The position numbers were made by a program, and so were the translations under genes. The notes beneath the pieces are model-generated. The model ran no database searches. It was not told the DNA's origin and saw only the letters and a program-made list of their open reading frames with translations. Source: the human T2T-CHM13v2.0 reference genome, Homo sapiens. Taken from it: a stretch of DNA of 64,000 nt. Shown here one piece after another: positions 44,582 to 58,296 of the stretch (positions are counted from its first letter, which is position 1; the number at the start of each line of letters is the position of its first letter). The stretch is from NCBI RefSeq assembly GCF_009914755.1, contig NC_060934.1; one strand, written 5' to 3'.

Positions 44582-44711
44582 AGCTGCTTTTGCCTAGGGT
44601 CCAGCAATGGGTTTAGAGCTTGTAACAACTTGTTAAAATTAAACATCCTAATATTGGCCTGATTTCCTATTTTATATCTTCTTTCATTCTCAGATGTGTT
44701 TTGTACCAAAT
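44582..44711 (-). pseudogene. SelO-like exon (D)LVQNTSENERRYKIGNQANIRMFNFNKLLQALNPLLDPRQKQ(L)
   Basis: 130 nt, open; GCT|gtgagt donor; the in-frame acceptor is a weak GAG with a competing TAG 2 nt upstream; matches SelO NxSDxxxRYxxxNQ. Confidence 0.9.
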
Positions 44712-44736
44712 CTCTATTTAAAATAAAACATTATAG

Positions 44737-44946
<210 letters not shown>

Positions 44947-44958
44947 TAATTTTTTTAA

Positions 44959-45093
<135 letters not shown>

Positions 45094-45919
45094 TAATTAT
45101 AATAAATAGCTTCTTTCTTTGTTTTTAAGCTTATAGTTGAACATATGAATCTGTAGTTGTTATATAAAAATCTTTCTGACATTAAGTTGAAGTTAATAGA
45201 ATACACTAAAAGCTTTTAAAACATGAACATTTGTCTAACGGAGAAATCTTTTTCTATCCTATAAGAATTTCCAGTCTATCACATACGGCTTCAATCTCCT
45301 ACTCAAGTAGCATGTCCTCCGCAACACCTCTGATCTCTCCAGTGCCAATACTGGATTTCTGTTACCTCCATTTCATATATTAGTGGAGTGAGAGGTTAAG
45401 TAACTTTTCCAAAGGCACAGAGCTATTAAGGGTCAGATGCTGAACTCAAAATCTCACCTGTCTGACAACGTGTTTCCTGGTATACCTCATGCCATCTTCT
45501 CTAGTATGTATTGGATTTTAATTTGGATTTTTTTTTTAAAGACAGGATCTCACTTGGTCACCTAGGCTGGAGTGCAATGGCACCACTGTAACTCACTGCA
45601 GCCTCGAACTCCTAATCTAAAGAGGTCCTCCTGCCTTGGCCTCCCAAAGTGCTGGGATTACAGGTGCTCGCCAGCATGCCCGGCCCTTATAATATGTATT
45701 CTCTGAGGACAGAAACCATGAAGAGTTCATCTTTGTATCACTTAATGGCACCCAGAAGATCTGGTAGGCATATAAAAATGACCATTTTATAAATGAACCC
45801 AATTCTTTCTACTACCCCGTCACTGTGTTATCTATAACAGTTTACCTGAGATAACTTGTGATGATATTTTTAGTGAAATAAAGTGTGTATGTATGCACAC
45901 ATATGCAAATTGTACATAC

Positions 45920-46003
45920 CGGGATTACAGGCTTCCATAAAGCCAAACGGACCTTAGTCAATTGTAATGGATAACAAACTGAAGTTATCAGTATTACAAA
46001 CAC
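45920..46003 (-). pseudogene. SelO-like catalytic exon (G)VCNTDNFSLLSITID*GPFGFMEACNP
   Basis: ttttag| acceptor, CCG|gtatgt donor, 84 nt; GVxNTDN and DYGPFGF motifs with TAA at 45954-45956 replacing Tyr. Confidence 0.95.
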
Positions 46004-46718
46004 CTAAAACAACAAAAAAAATTCCAAAACATGATTATAAAATATTTTTCTTTTACCTTCATTAAATTATCCAGAATAGAAAAGGTTATGGAAATGCCAT
46101 GTGTTTTAGAGATGAAACAAAATGACGTTATCAATTGAAAGTTTAATAGGTTAACATCAAATAGCTTACAATGTTCCAACTATATTTTAAAATTACATTT
46201 AGCCTTTTGTTTCATAATCCCTTCCCTCAGGTTTCAAATACTATAGTAATAATAGGCCAAGAAATAGAACTTCCTCTTTTATTTCTCCTCAGTTCCTAGC
46301 AGTTGTTTAAAAATATATATTACTTAAAATGGACTTGAGACTAGTGGAGGAATAAGATTAATTTTAGGAGGTTGTGAAAAGTGGAAAAAATAAAAATACA
46401 AGTCATTTTTAGGACAGTAGGAGAATGGGTAGCCATCTTTTTATTGCTGGAGACATTTGTACATCATAGAAAAAAGTCCAGAAAAATTAATAATAAAATG
46501 GTTAACAGTGATTACCTTAGAGAATGAAACTCTAGTCACTTCTGTATATTGTAAATTATTTACCATAAGCATGTAGTAATTTATTAAAAATTTAAAAATT
46601 GCTTTAAAGAGATACATACTCACATGCATAATGTTACAGGTAACATCATCCTGATCTGTTCAAAACCATTTTAAACATGAAAAACATCTTTCTCTGTCAT
46701 TAAAAACCAACTTGTAGA

Positions 46719-47263
46719 CAGTAGCCCCCCCTTATCTGCAGAGGATGTGTACCAACACCCCCAGGGGAATGACTGAAACCACAGATAGTACCAAACTCTC
46801 TATATACTATGATTTTTCCTATACATACCTATGATAAAGTTTAATTTATAAATTAGGTACAGTAACAGATTAACAACAATAATAATAAAATAGAACAATT
46901 ATAAAAACATGCCAGCATCACTACTCTTGCACTTTGGGACCATTATTAACTAAAATCAAGGTAACTTGAACACAAGCACTGAGTCCTGCAATGGTCCATA
47001 GAACTACTCAGCTACAAGTGACTCATGGGATGAAGTGACTCATGGCCAGGGAGTGGCTCCAGCATGGATAAACTGGACAGAGAGAGAATTCACATCCCAG
47101 ACGAGACGGAGCAAGACTTCATCATGCTACTCAGAATAGTGAGCACTTTAAACTTATGAATTGCTTATTTCTGGAATTTTGCATTTAATATTTTTAGACC
47201 ATGGTTGACCACGCGGAAGTGAAATTGTGGAAAGTGAGAATGCAGATAAGGGGGAAACTTCTG
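46719..47263. mobile_element. MER44-like (Tigger7-derived) DNA transposon
   Basis: Terminal inverted repeats cagtagcccccccttatctgc / gcagataagggggaaacttctg; characteristic ctatgataaagtttaatttataaattagg core. Confidence 0.8.
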
Positions 47264-47383
47264 TATTACAAATGCTAAGAAGCTCATCAACAGGAATTTT
47301 TTAAATTTACAAAAAAGGAAGCCTTCCACTTCAACAAATTCTACTTTCTCATCAGATGAATGAAATATCAGTAGATAACTTAC

Positions 47384-47457
47384 CACGAGCAAAAACTAAC
47401 AGACTTCCACAAGACAATAAGTTGTGCTGTCTCAGACACAACAATAGAAAAAAAATC
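47384..47457 (-). pseudogene. SelO-like exon DFFSIVVSETAQLIVLWKSVSF-[+1 frameshift]-AR(G)
   Basis: ttttag| acceptor, GTG|gtaagt donor; 74 nt where 73 keeps frame; extra T in the run at 47391-47395; family motif WxxVGFxH is degraded. Confidence 0.88.
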
Positions 47458-48224
47458 CTAAAATGAAATTTAGAGATTTCTCAGGTTTTTAGCAATGTAT
47501 GCTCTTTTAGGATCCTCCGATAAGTCACAGGAAGCATATAGGAAAACTTCAAAGGTGGGTCAAAAGATGACTAAAAGAGTGGAAATTAGTAGTTGTAAGA
47601 AAAATAGAGAAAAGTAAAATTATTCATCCAGAAATAATACATAAAAGACTTAGATACAGTATCATGATCAAGCTTCTCCATGGCAAATAACCAACGTAAA
47701 ATCAACAGAATTCAGTACAAGGGAGTTAAGTTTCAGCAATGTGAGTTATTAAACTTCGAATGTGTCACCAAGAAAAATAATGGAATTCCCTTCTCAGTGA
47801 CTGTTAAAATAATGGAAAAGCTTTAAGAAGATCAAAAAATTTCCACAAGAATAGAAAAACACATTTTACTATTATGTATTTTATTTACTTTAGAACTGCT
47901 GCAATAGAAATATTGACATATCTAATGTGTGACGAAAGAATGTATGTGACCAAGTTATAAATGCTGCTCAAAAAATAACGTGTACTGTCAGGATGTAGGA
48001 ACACCTGCTCTTTTTTTCTAGGCATCTTTTAAACAAAATAACTGCCATGTCTATGCCTTGTTTAAGAAGTGGTGCATCTTAACTTCCTGTAACAAAATGT
48101 TCAAATGGCTCTGCACTTCCTTTGCTAGCTTTAGTGTTTTAAATTCTAAGCTTCAATCTCTAGTGTTGGCAGGCCAACGAGAAAAAACAGAGAATTGTCT
48201 TTTCTCTTTAAATGCTTACCACGT

Positions 48225-48840
48225 GGGATTGTAAATTAGGTCAGCCATGTGGAAAGCAGTTCGGAGATTTCTCCAAGAACAAAACATAACTACTGTTCAA
48301 CCCGGCAATCCCATTACTGGGTATATATCCAAAAGAAAACAAATCATTCTATCAAAAACACACGTGCCCTCATATGTTCATCACAGCACTATTCACAATA
48401 GCAAAGACATGGAATCAAGTTAGTGCCTATCAACTGTGGATTGGATAAAGAAAATGTGGTACATATAAATCATGGAATACTATATAGCCATAAAAAGAAT
48501 GAAACCATGTCCTTTGCAGCAACATAGGTGTAGCTGTAGGCCATTATCCTAAACGAATTAATACAGGAACAGAAAACCAAATACTACATATTCTCACTTA
48601 TAAGAGTGAGCTAAACATTAGGTACTCCTGGACATAAAGATAGCACTAATAGATACTAGTGACCTCTGGGGAGGAGAAAGGTTGAAAAACGATTTGGTAC
48701 TTTACTCAATACCTTGGTGAGGGGATCAGTCGTACCCCAAACCTCAGGGTTATGCAATATACCCACGTAATAAACCTGCATATTTCCCCGGAATCTAAAA
48801 TAAAAGTTGCGATTATAAAAAAATAAACAAACAAATAAAT
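48225..48840 (+). mobile_element. 5'-truncated primate L1 (3' end) with 15-bp target-site duplication
   Basis: gcaatcccattactgggtatatatcc, gcactattcacaatagcaaagac, A-rich tail; aaat(g/a)cttaccacgt at 48210-48224 and 48841-48855. Confidence 0.9.
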
Positions 48841-48850
48841 AAATACTTAC

Positions 48851-48920
48851 CACGTATCTATTAGGTTCTTTGACATCCATCGAGGGATAATGTTCCGGTA
48901 TGATGAAGTCTAATAATCCC
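48851..48920 (-). pseudogene. SelO-like exon (R)GLLDFIIPEHYPSMDVKEPNRYV
   Basis: ctccag| acceptor, GTG|gtaagt donor, 70 nt; phase-compatible with both neighbouring exons. Confidence 0.88.
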
Positions 48921-50929
48921 CTGGAGATAAAAAGGACGTAGCATCAGTGTCCCTCAGAACACAGTATCCAATATCCAAGTACCTAAATCCCTCAACATCT
49001 ATGAATTCATTAGATCAGGCTCAAGATGTTAAAACTTGAAGAATAAGGTTTTACTACCAAAACAGCCAAAAAGTAATATTTCTTCAATCCCAATCGAAAA
49101 TCAAAATATGTTTCTAAGATCATATGAGGTTCTACATTATTATGTTTCAAATTTGATTAGTTCAATAAACATCCATTGAGTACCTGCTATACCTACTATA
49201 TGTAAAGCCCTGGGCAAGTGCTAGGAAAAAGAATGGTAAGACCCAGAACCCAGACCTCAAAGAGTACATGCTCTACTAGGGAAGAAGAACATATGAAGAA
49301 ATCATGATGTTACATTATAATAAATGCAATACCAGAATTATATAAAATGAACAGTGATAACAGAGCAGAGAATGATTATTTGTGGTAGGTCATTTAAGGC
49401 TTCACACATGAGGTGACAAAAAATTGGCAAATGTCTGAGGTTAAAATATTTAAAGTTGTACCAGGATTCAGCAAACATGTAATAAATAAAATATATAAAC
49501 TGCACATGTATCATATTTTCTATTCCCATTTTAACCAACTATTCTAGTTACCTGCCTAACCACTAGTATGGACTGCACCGAATAAGAGGAAATCTGGAAG
49601 CAAATTTCAGCTGTAGATATGATTTGGAAATTACTAAAACCCAGTTAAAATAGTAAGTGTAGATTAGCATTTGTCTAATATCTATCTATGTCTCATATGT
49701 ATATACACACACCATACACTGTATATGAGAGTATGTCATATTAGCCAGTGGAAGTATGTCAAGGATGAAGTGCTTAATGATATGCATTAAATGCTAGAGA
49801 GATCCGTGAACTATAACTGAAACATGACCACTAGATGGAGCAATTTCAGTGACATGGTGTGAATCCAGGCAGAACTGACCCAGAAAGCAAATGGTAGTTA
49901 GAAATAATGCCTCGTGAAAGTAGACAACTCTCCACCAGCCAGGATGACCAGAAGTTCAGTAAATGTTGCCGAGGTAAGAGACAGAGCAGCTGTGACAAGT
50001 GCGATGACTTCTTTGCTCTTATACATTTCCTTCATGTTTTTGCATATTCTTCCTGGTCCAAATCTGTATTTACTATGCTGAAAACTATAATATAGGATCC
50101 ATATTCTAAATGATCCTAGTTTGTGTAAGGCATTTTTTCTTAAGTATTTCCAACTTTTAAAAACTGTATTAACTCAACAAATGGAAAAAGAACTCCTCCT
50201 AAAGAAGACTTTTTGTTTGAAGGAACATCTTGCTAAGTCGGCTTGAGGAAGACGGGATTTTGTAAGCACAGATGCCAGCAGGTACCAAGATCTTGGAAAA
50301 TGATGGAAGCCACACTACATGACCCAAGGGGAAGAATTTATTGCTTTTGCTCTTTTGAAAAAAAATCCCTCCTCCATCTTCCCCACAGAAATCTTCAGCA
50401 AGACGCTCTCTGTTCTTAAAGACGTTGTGTACATTTGGTTTGCTGTTTGTGTTCATCCTTTCGATGGGGCTGAGTTTCACATCTGGGTCAGCCCAGTGTG
50501 AAATAGGTACTATCACACATATCAAAGCTGGAGTCCAGGTAGAGAGGAGACACAAGACAGAGGATACACCCGGGGAATCCCAGGAATTGGGAAGAGAGCT
50601 TTGGATTTCCAGAAGCTGCAGAATTGAGCAATTTGAGTCACTTCCCCCACCTCCCTAGTGTGTGAGTGGTATGGAGACCCTCACTGGTAACTGGGGTGCA
50701 TCCTACATTATAAGTTTTTTGAGAAACGGGACTATTGGGTTGTATACTTCTTTTATTAATCTCCTAAAAAACCTACATGGTGCTTAGCACAATAGGAAAT
50801 TTTACAAATATTTATTTGAAATATTGCATTTTATTTATAAGAAAATGGAAAATACTTAACTTCACAGCACATAAATAAGCATTTTTTCCAACTGTCTTGT
50901 ACAATTTTTTTAAATGTAATTTCTTATTC

Positions 50930-51420
50930 AGACTTAAAAAAGAAGAAAATGTTGCCATTTGCAACAACATGGATGAAGCTCAAGGACATTATGTTAAAGT
51001 GAAATAAGCCAGACACAGAAAGACAAATACTGCATAATCTCACTTATACGGAAAACCTAAAAAAGTCCAACTCATAGAAATAGAGAGTGGAATGGTGGTG
51101 ACCAGGGGTCAGTGAGGTAGGGGATATGGGGAGATGTTGTTCAAAGGACACGAAGTTGCAGTTATAAGATGAATAAGTCCTGAAGACCAAATGGATAGAC
51201 TATAGTGGATAATAACACCTTGTACCTTTGAAATTTGCTAAGAGAGCAGATCTTAAGTATTCTCACCACAAAAAAGTAACTATATGAGGTAATGCATACG
51301 TTAATTAGCTTCATTGTGGTAATCATTTCAAAACGTATACATATGTCAAAACATCACCTTGTACATCTTAAATGTACACAATTTTTGTCAATTATACCTG
51401 CGTAAAGCTGGGGAAAAATA
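50930..51420 (+). mobile_element. L1MA/L1MB-type 3' end
   Basis: ccatttgcaacaacatggatgaa..gacattatg, gaaataagccagacacagaaagacaaatactgca, 3'UTR ending aaagctggggaaaaa. Confidence 0.8.
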
Positions 51421-51524
51421 GTCACTTTCATAGCTTAAAAAATGCAATTTCCTTGAATTCTTGGTAATCAATCATAGACTTACAAAATAAAACAAGCAAA
51501 CAAACAAAAATGTAATTTTCTAAC

Positions 51525-51612
51525 CTCAGTATCTCTAGTTCACCATAATGAGCCAAAATTTCTAATGATCCAGTTCTGAACCATGATCCTGCAGCATGCA
51601 GCACTACTGCAC
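51525..51612 (-). pseudogene. SelO-like exon (G)[28 protein letters not shown](R)
   Basis: ctttaag| acceptor, GAG|gttaga donor, 88 nt (phase 1 to 2); matches SelO AVVxRxAxSxxRxGSxE. Confidence 0.9.
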
Positions 51613-51930
51613 CTTAAAGAGAAACATTTGGCTAGGCGTGGTGGCTCAGGCCTGTAATCCCAGCACTTTGGGAGGCCGAGACGGGCGGATCACAAGGTCA
51701 AGAGATCGAGACCATCCTGGCTAACATGGTGAAACCCCGTCTCTACTAAAAATACAAAAAAAAAAAAAAAAAAAAATTAGCCAGGCATGGTGGGGGGGGT
51801 GCCTGTGGACCCAGCTACTCAGGAGGCTGAGGAGGGAGAATGGCATGAACCTTGGAGGCGGAGCTTGCAGTGAGCCAAGATCACGCCACTGCATTCCAGC
51901 CTGGGCGACAGAGCTACACTCCATCTCAAA

Positions 51931-51965
<35 letters not shown>

Positions 51966-54386
51966 AACAAAACAAAAAAAGAAACATTTATTGGCCAGGT
52001 GCAGTGGCTCACGCCTGTAATCGCAGCACTTTGGGAGGCCAAGGCAGATATATAACAAGTTCAGGAGTTTGAGACCAGCTTGGCCAAAATAGTGAAATCC
52101 CATCTCTACCAAAAATACAAAAAAAAAAAAAAAAAAAAAAAAAAATTAGCTGGGTGTGGTGGTGAGCGCCTGTAATCCCAGCTACTCATGAGGCTGTGGC
52201 AGGAGAATCACTTGAACTCAGGAAGGCTGAGGTTGCAGTGAGCCGAGATCATGCCACTGCACTCCAACTTAGACAACAAGAGTGAGATTCCATCTCAAAA
52301 AAAAAATTTATTATAGCATAAAACTCTATTAGGCTATAGGAATACGGCAAAATATCTTTCCTTAAAAATTATTTTAATAAAAAATAATATATTCTCTGAA
52401 TTTATCAGAAAAATAACCAATTTCATCCATAAAGGATCAAGAGTATTTCTTTATTCCTTAAAGAATGAATCAGAATGTCCAGAACCACACTTTTACAGCC
52501 AGCAAGCCTCTAATCTAGCTAAAGGCTGAGAGAGCGAGCTGCGGGGCTCCAAACTCTTGATTTCCCACTTGTCTCATCAATAGTGACCTTTTCCCTGTAC
52601 TTGATCCTGAATCAGGGAATGAATTATTTTGCATAGGTCTTTAACATAAATACAATCAGTAAATAGAACTCATGTTTCTTTCTCATAAGGAATGCTGTAC
52701 TTACAGGTGTTTAGATGTCAAGATGAATTCCACACCAGGGTGATAGCCCCTGCCCTGTGGCTGCTGTCCTTCAATAGACTCCCACACTCACTACCTCTGG
52801 GCCTTTGTTGATGCTATTCTCCCCTCTGCCACACAACCCAATCCCTGTCCTCCCCCTACTGAAATCTTAGCTAACCTTCTACTCAAGATCGATTTCCTCT
52901 TCCTCCATAAAGATAACCTGATCCATCTCTCTTTAACTGACCTCTGATTTTTTATAGTTTATTTGTTCCATGTGTTTAAGTATTTTTTCTTTAAAGACTG
53001 TGATTTTCTTGGGACCAGGGACTATGACATACTTATTACTCCCAGGCTGGGCATGGTGGTTGATACCTGTAATCCCAACACTGTGGGAGACCAAGGCGGG
53101 AAGACTGCTTGAGCCCGGAGTTCAAGGCCAGCCTGGGCAATATAGCAAGACCTCATCTCTACATTAATTAATTAATTACTTAAAGAAATACTTATTACTC
53201 CTGGACCCCTTAAAGTGTGGTCCAATGGCAGGCACAGAAAATGGCCAATAAGTAGTTTTGGGGTTGGCTGGACCATTCATATAGACAGGACTCATCCACA
53301 GTACTAATCTGGATATTTATTTTCATGTGTCTTTTTTTGAGCAATAAAATGTAGTCACTTTGAAAAAGCATATAAGCTTAATCTATTATTCTAAATGTTT
53401 ACTTCATGAACAGCCACTGAATCACATTCCTCAATATTAACACTGAAAGACACAGGGGGTTCTAGTCTAACCTCATTTTATTTTATTTTATTTTATTTTA
53501 TTTTATTTTATTTTATTTTATTTTATTTTATTTTATTTTTTGAGACAGAGTCTTACTCTCCTGACCAGGTTGGAGGGCAGTGGCATGATCGTAGCTCACT
53601 GCAGCCTTGATCTCCAGGCTCAAGGGATCCTCCCACCTCAGCCTCCCACGTAGCTGGGACTACAAGTATGCACTACCACGTCTAGCTAATTATTTTTCTA
53701 ATTTTTTTTTTTTTTTGGTAGAGACAGGGTCTCCCTATGTTGCCTAGCCTGATCTCAAACTCCTGGGCTCAAGTAATCCTCCCACTTTGGCCTCCCAAAG
53801 TGCTAGGATTACAGGCATGAGCTACCGTGCCCAGCCTAACTTCATTTTAGATGGCAAAAATGAGGGGCAGATTGTTTAAGTGACTTGCCCAAGTCACAAA
53901 GTGAGTTCCTGCAGGGCCAGCTCTAGGTTTCACATATTCTTTTTTCCTATCTAGCACTACTCTCACTGTACCACAGTGGCTCCTGGGCAAATGTTAGGAT
54001 AAAAGCACAATGGAAGTATCTCTGCATATGTGAAGATCTAGAGATGAAAATTCTACTATTGTCCTAATAGAAGTAATACTGGAGACAATTTAAGCCATTA
54101 AGATTGTGGCTTGGAATTCAGATAAACTGAATATACATGTCACAGCCACAAAAGTTAGTAGTGTTATTTATACCAGTCATACCAATAGTCTGTGACAGGA
54201 ATGTCATATCCAATCAGCAAAAGCAAAAAGACCTACACAGTTATAGACCCACATGTAATAGTATCATTTCATCCAGATGAAATTAGAGAGAGAGAAAGAG
54301 ATGCTGTAGAAATAAATAACCCATAATTTCTTTAAGCATGAATATTTGGGGGGAATTTTTTAAATGGAAATCTTATAAAAACACAC

Positions 54387-54745
54387 TGCTATGGTCTGAC
54401 AGTATTCATCCCCCTAAAACTCCTATGTTGATACCTGGTCACCAAAGTGATGGTATTAGAAAATAGGGTCTTTAGGAGGTGACTAGGTCATGAGGGCTCC
54501 GTCCTCATGAATGGGGTTCGTGTCCTTATAAAAGAGGCCCCAGAGAGCTGCCTTCGCTTCCGCCATGTGAGGATGAAGTGAGAAGGCGCCATCTATGAAG
54601 CAGAGAACCCTCAAAAGATACCACATCTGTGGGTGCTTTGATCTTGGACTTCCTGAACTCCAGAACTGGGAGCAATAAACTTCTGTTGTTTATAAATTAC
54701 CCAGTCCAAGGCATTTTGTTATAGCAGCCTGAATGGAGTAGGACA
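54387..54745 (+). mobile_element. MLT1A-type MaLR solo LTR
   Basis: tgctatggtctga...ttataaaagaggccccagagagc...gatcttggacttcc...ttgttatagcagcctgaatgga...aca. Confidence 0.85.
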
Positions 54746-54819
54746 CATATTATGCATAAAGTATAATAAGTATGAAATGTGTGCTTGGTAAATCACTGAA
54801 CATTGGCAAGGGTCTGACC

Positions 54820-55600
54820 CATGACAGCCATAAAAAGGAACAAGATCATGTCCTTTGCAGGGACATGGATGGAGTTGGAAGCCATTACCTTTAGCAAACT
54901 AACACGGGAACAGAAAACCAAACACTGCATCTTCTCAGTTATAAGTTGCAGCTGACTGAGAACACATGGATACGCCAGGGGGAACAACACACACTGGGCA
55001 CCTGTGATTGAGGGGAAGGAGAGCATCAGCAAGAATAGCTAATGGATGCTGAGCTCAATAACTGGGTGATGGGGGCTGGGCTCAGTGGCTCATGCCCATT
55101 ATCCTAGCACTTTGGGAGGCCAAGGCAGGCAGATCACTTGAGGTCAGGAGTTCAAAATCAGCCTGCCCAATATGGTGAAACCCCGTCTCTACTGAAAATA
55201 CAAAAAAAAAAAAATTATCCTGGCGTTGTGGCGTGCACCTGTAATCCCAGCTACTTGAGAGTTCAAGATAAGCCTGGGCAACATGGCGAAACCCTGTCTC
55301 TACAAAAATTAGCCAGGCGTGGTGACAAGTGCCTGTGGTCCCAGCCAATTGGGTGGCTAAAGCAGGAGGATCGCTTGAACCCAGGAGGCAGAGGTTGCAG
55401 CGAGTGGAGATCGTGCCACTGCACTCCAGCATGGGTGACAGAGCAAACCTCCATCTCAAAATAAATACATTAAATAAATAAATAAATAACTGGGTGATGG
55501 GATGATCTGTGCAGTAAACCACCATGGCACACGTTTACCCATGTAACAAAACTGCACATCCTGCACATGTACCCCTGAACTTAAAAGATGAAAAGAAAAA
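54820..55600 (+). mobile_element. L1PA/PB 3' fragment interrupted by a composite Alu (~55074-55484)
   Basis: catgtcctttgcagggacatggatggag..., ccaccatggcacacgttta; aataactgggtgatggg duplicated on both sides of the Alu. Confidence 0.85.
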
Positions 55601-56790
55601 TAAATTGATGTTCAAGTTTGTCACAGGTGACCCTTAAAGTCCTCCTAATGGCTTGACTACTTTGTCTTTTAGTCTACAGGACTTTGAAGAAGGAAGGAAA
55701 TAACTAACCCAGCAAACCAGAACCTGATGCTATAATAATTGTAATAGTTAACATGTTAAGCACTTTACATGTATTTCCTAATTTAATCCTACACCAACCC
55801 TACGATACTTTACTATTTGTCTTAAAATTTGTTCCTGAGCAAACCAGCATCACCAAAAAGCCCCCAAACCACCAGAGAGTGTTAATCTTATCTAGCTTAC
55901 AGGAAAGTCACAGTCACAACAATTGGTCCTATGTTCCCATTTCTGTTTTTAATTAGTCAGATACCATACCCTGAATTTGTTGCTTAATTTCTTGCTTAAC
56001 ATCTTGCTTAATTTCCAGAATGTTCCTTAATTCCTTCCTGATTTCTGCAGCACAAATAACACCCCCAAGGAATCTTGATTTACTCCCATTCTAGTAGTTG
56101 TACATTGTTCTATGGCTATCTTGATATAATTATAATCTATTTCTCCTTCTTTTTATCTGTTTTATATTAATTTATTTTTTGAGACAGGGTCTCACTCTGT
56201 CACCCTGGCTGCAGTGTGGTGGCACAACTTTGGCTCACTGAAACCTCTGCCTCCCAGTCTCAAGCGATCCTCCCTCTTTAGCCACCCAACTGGCTGGGAC
56301 CACAGGCACGTGTCACCATGCCTGGCTAATTTTTGTAGAGAAGGGTTTCACCATGTTGCCCAGGCTGATCTTGAACTCCTAGGCTCAAGCAATCTGCCTG
56401 CCTCGGCCTCCCAAAGTGCTGGGATTATAGGTGTGAGCGACTGCACCGGGCTTGTCCTTTTATATTGACACATTGTACTACTTCATTTTGCCAAAAATGC
56501 CAAAAGTGCACTGAATGAGTTCTCTAGCAATAATCCACAGAAATTTTATATTTATGCTGCCCCAGTATTCTCAATTCCATTCAAAGAATTAGACTCTAGC
56601 TTTAGCACAGCAAGAAATCACATCAGCTAATCTATAAACATCTTCTGATGGCATATTCCTTTAGACACATCTTGTTGAACTCCCAATGCACTAATTTAAA
56701 ACTTAATGCAAAATAATTTCTTTAGTAGGACAGCATTTCCATCAAATAATTCTATTTGCATAAGGGAAGTTATGATGTTGCTACTCTGAC

Positions 56791-56919
56791 CTGGTTGCCC
56801 CCATATCGGTGAGCCAGTGGAACGGATCCAAACACTGTCTTTTCGCCACTTACAAGGTGGATAAAATCATCTGTTTCTGAAACAGATAAATCAAGGTCCA
56901 AAATATTTTCTAGAACTTC
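56791..56919 (-). pseudogene. SelO-like exon EVLENILDLDLSVSETDDFIHLVSGEKTVFGSVPLAHRYGGNQ
   Basis: cctcag| acceptor, CAG|gtcaga donor, 129 nt, open; ends in the SelO PxAxxYxGHQ motif with H>N. Confidence 0.92.
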
Positions 56920-57684
56920 CTGAGGCAGGAAAAACAAATTTACAAACCGATGTCATCTTTCACTTTTTTGGGTTTTTTTTGTTTTGTTTTTTTTGAGACA
57001 CAGGCTCACTCAGTTACCCAGGCTGGAGTGCAGAGGCACAATCATGGCTCACTGCAGCTTTAACCTCCTGGGCTCAAGTGATCCTCCCGCTTTGGCCTCC
57101 TAAAGTGCTATGATTACAGGATGGAGCTAGGGCACCCGGACTAATAATTTTTAAGAATGAGACTTAATGGAAGAAAATTCAAAGAATAAACCTCTTCTGA
57201 AAATATATTATTAATTTTTTTTCATAAGAGATGTACCATACTGTCTATGTTTATGCTATTTGGGAAAAATTAGTTCTACTAGATGGTTCTAAAATTTTTA
57301 TGGCTTTCTTATGATGCATGGTAAAACAATATTTTTCCTAGGACAAATTCATTTAAGAAACTACAAAAAAAGTCCTATTTTTAGCCCAAATTCATTTATG
57401 TCATGGGAGAAAAATTTAGAATTAGAGACCATTAGATAAAGGATATGTAAGATAACAATTTAACTCATTTTCCTCTTTTTCACAAAAGCATATTTTTCTT
57501 GTAAGACAACTTTAAGTTGAAACTGAGTAAGTATCAGTGTGATTTATAAGAATGACATCTCCAAGTATTTGAATTTTAAACACAGTCATTTATAATTAGA
57601 CTAATAATATTAACTCTAAAAAATTATTTTAAACAAATATTTTAGTGAGTTAAGTATTTGTGTTGTGAAAAACTAATGCCTAAC

Positions 57685-57803
57685 CTTTGAAACTGCTACA
57701 AGACGTACTCTTGATTTGAAAGGAGTTCAGAAAAAGATACATAAAATACAGTTTTCCACTTTATGAACATAATTTTCTTTAACAGGATCAACAGGCAACA
57801 TAG
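57685..57803 (-). pseudogene. SelO-like exon (A)MLPVDPVKENYVHKVENCILCIFF*TPFKSRVRLVAVSK
   Basis: ttttatcag| acceptor, AAG|gttagg donor, 119 nt (phase 1 to 0); in-frame TGA at 57727-57729 where the family has the PTP motif. Confidence 0.88.
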
Positions 57804-58080
57804 CTGATAAAATAAAACATCCTTCTTAATGTTCTCATTTGTTGCATATACAGCACTAATATCCCTTAGAAAGTCTATGGTTCTTCAAGAAACTCAAGTC
57901 ACTATTTTCTTCATGCTTTGTTATTTAAAGGCTACTTTGTAATTTCAACACAATCTAGCCAACATTCATTTAGGTCAGTATATCATGGAACTGTTCAAGA
58001 GCCTAGGAAATGGAAAAGGTTTAAAACAGGAAGACACATACCCTGTCTTCAAAGATCTTCACTTTTGGAAGGCATATCAG

Positions 58081-58130
<50 letters not shown>

Positions 58131-58137
58131 TTTTTGA

Positions 58138-58296
<159 letters not shown>

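Noticed and set aside
50199-50707. 118-aa minus-strand ORF as a processed pseudogene
   Set aside because: No recognisable protein, poly-A or TSD; the context looks more like an old LTR fragment.
57727-57729. In-frame TGA as a possible selenocysteine codon in a SelO-family gene
   Set aside because: It falls at the Pro of the PTP motif, not at the C-terminal Sec position, which is TGC here. No SECIS was recognised, and the gene has other disabling lesions.
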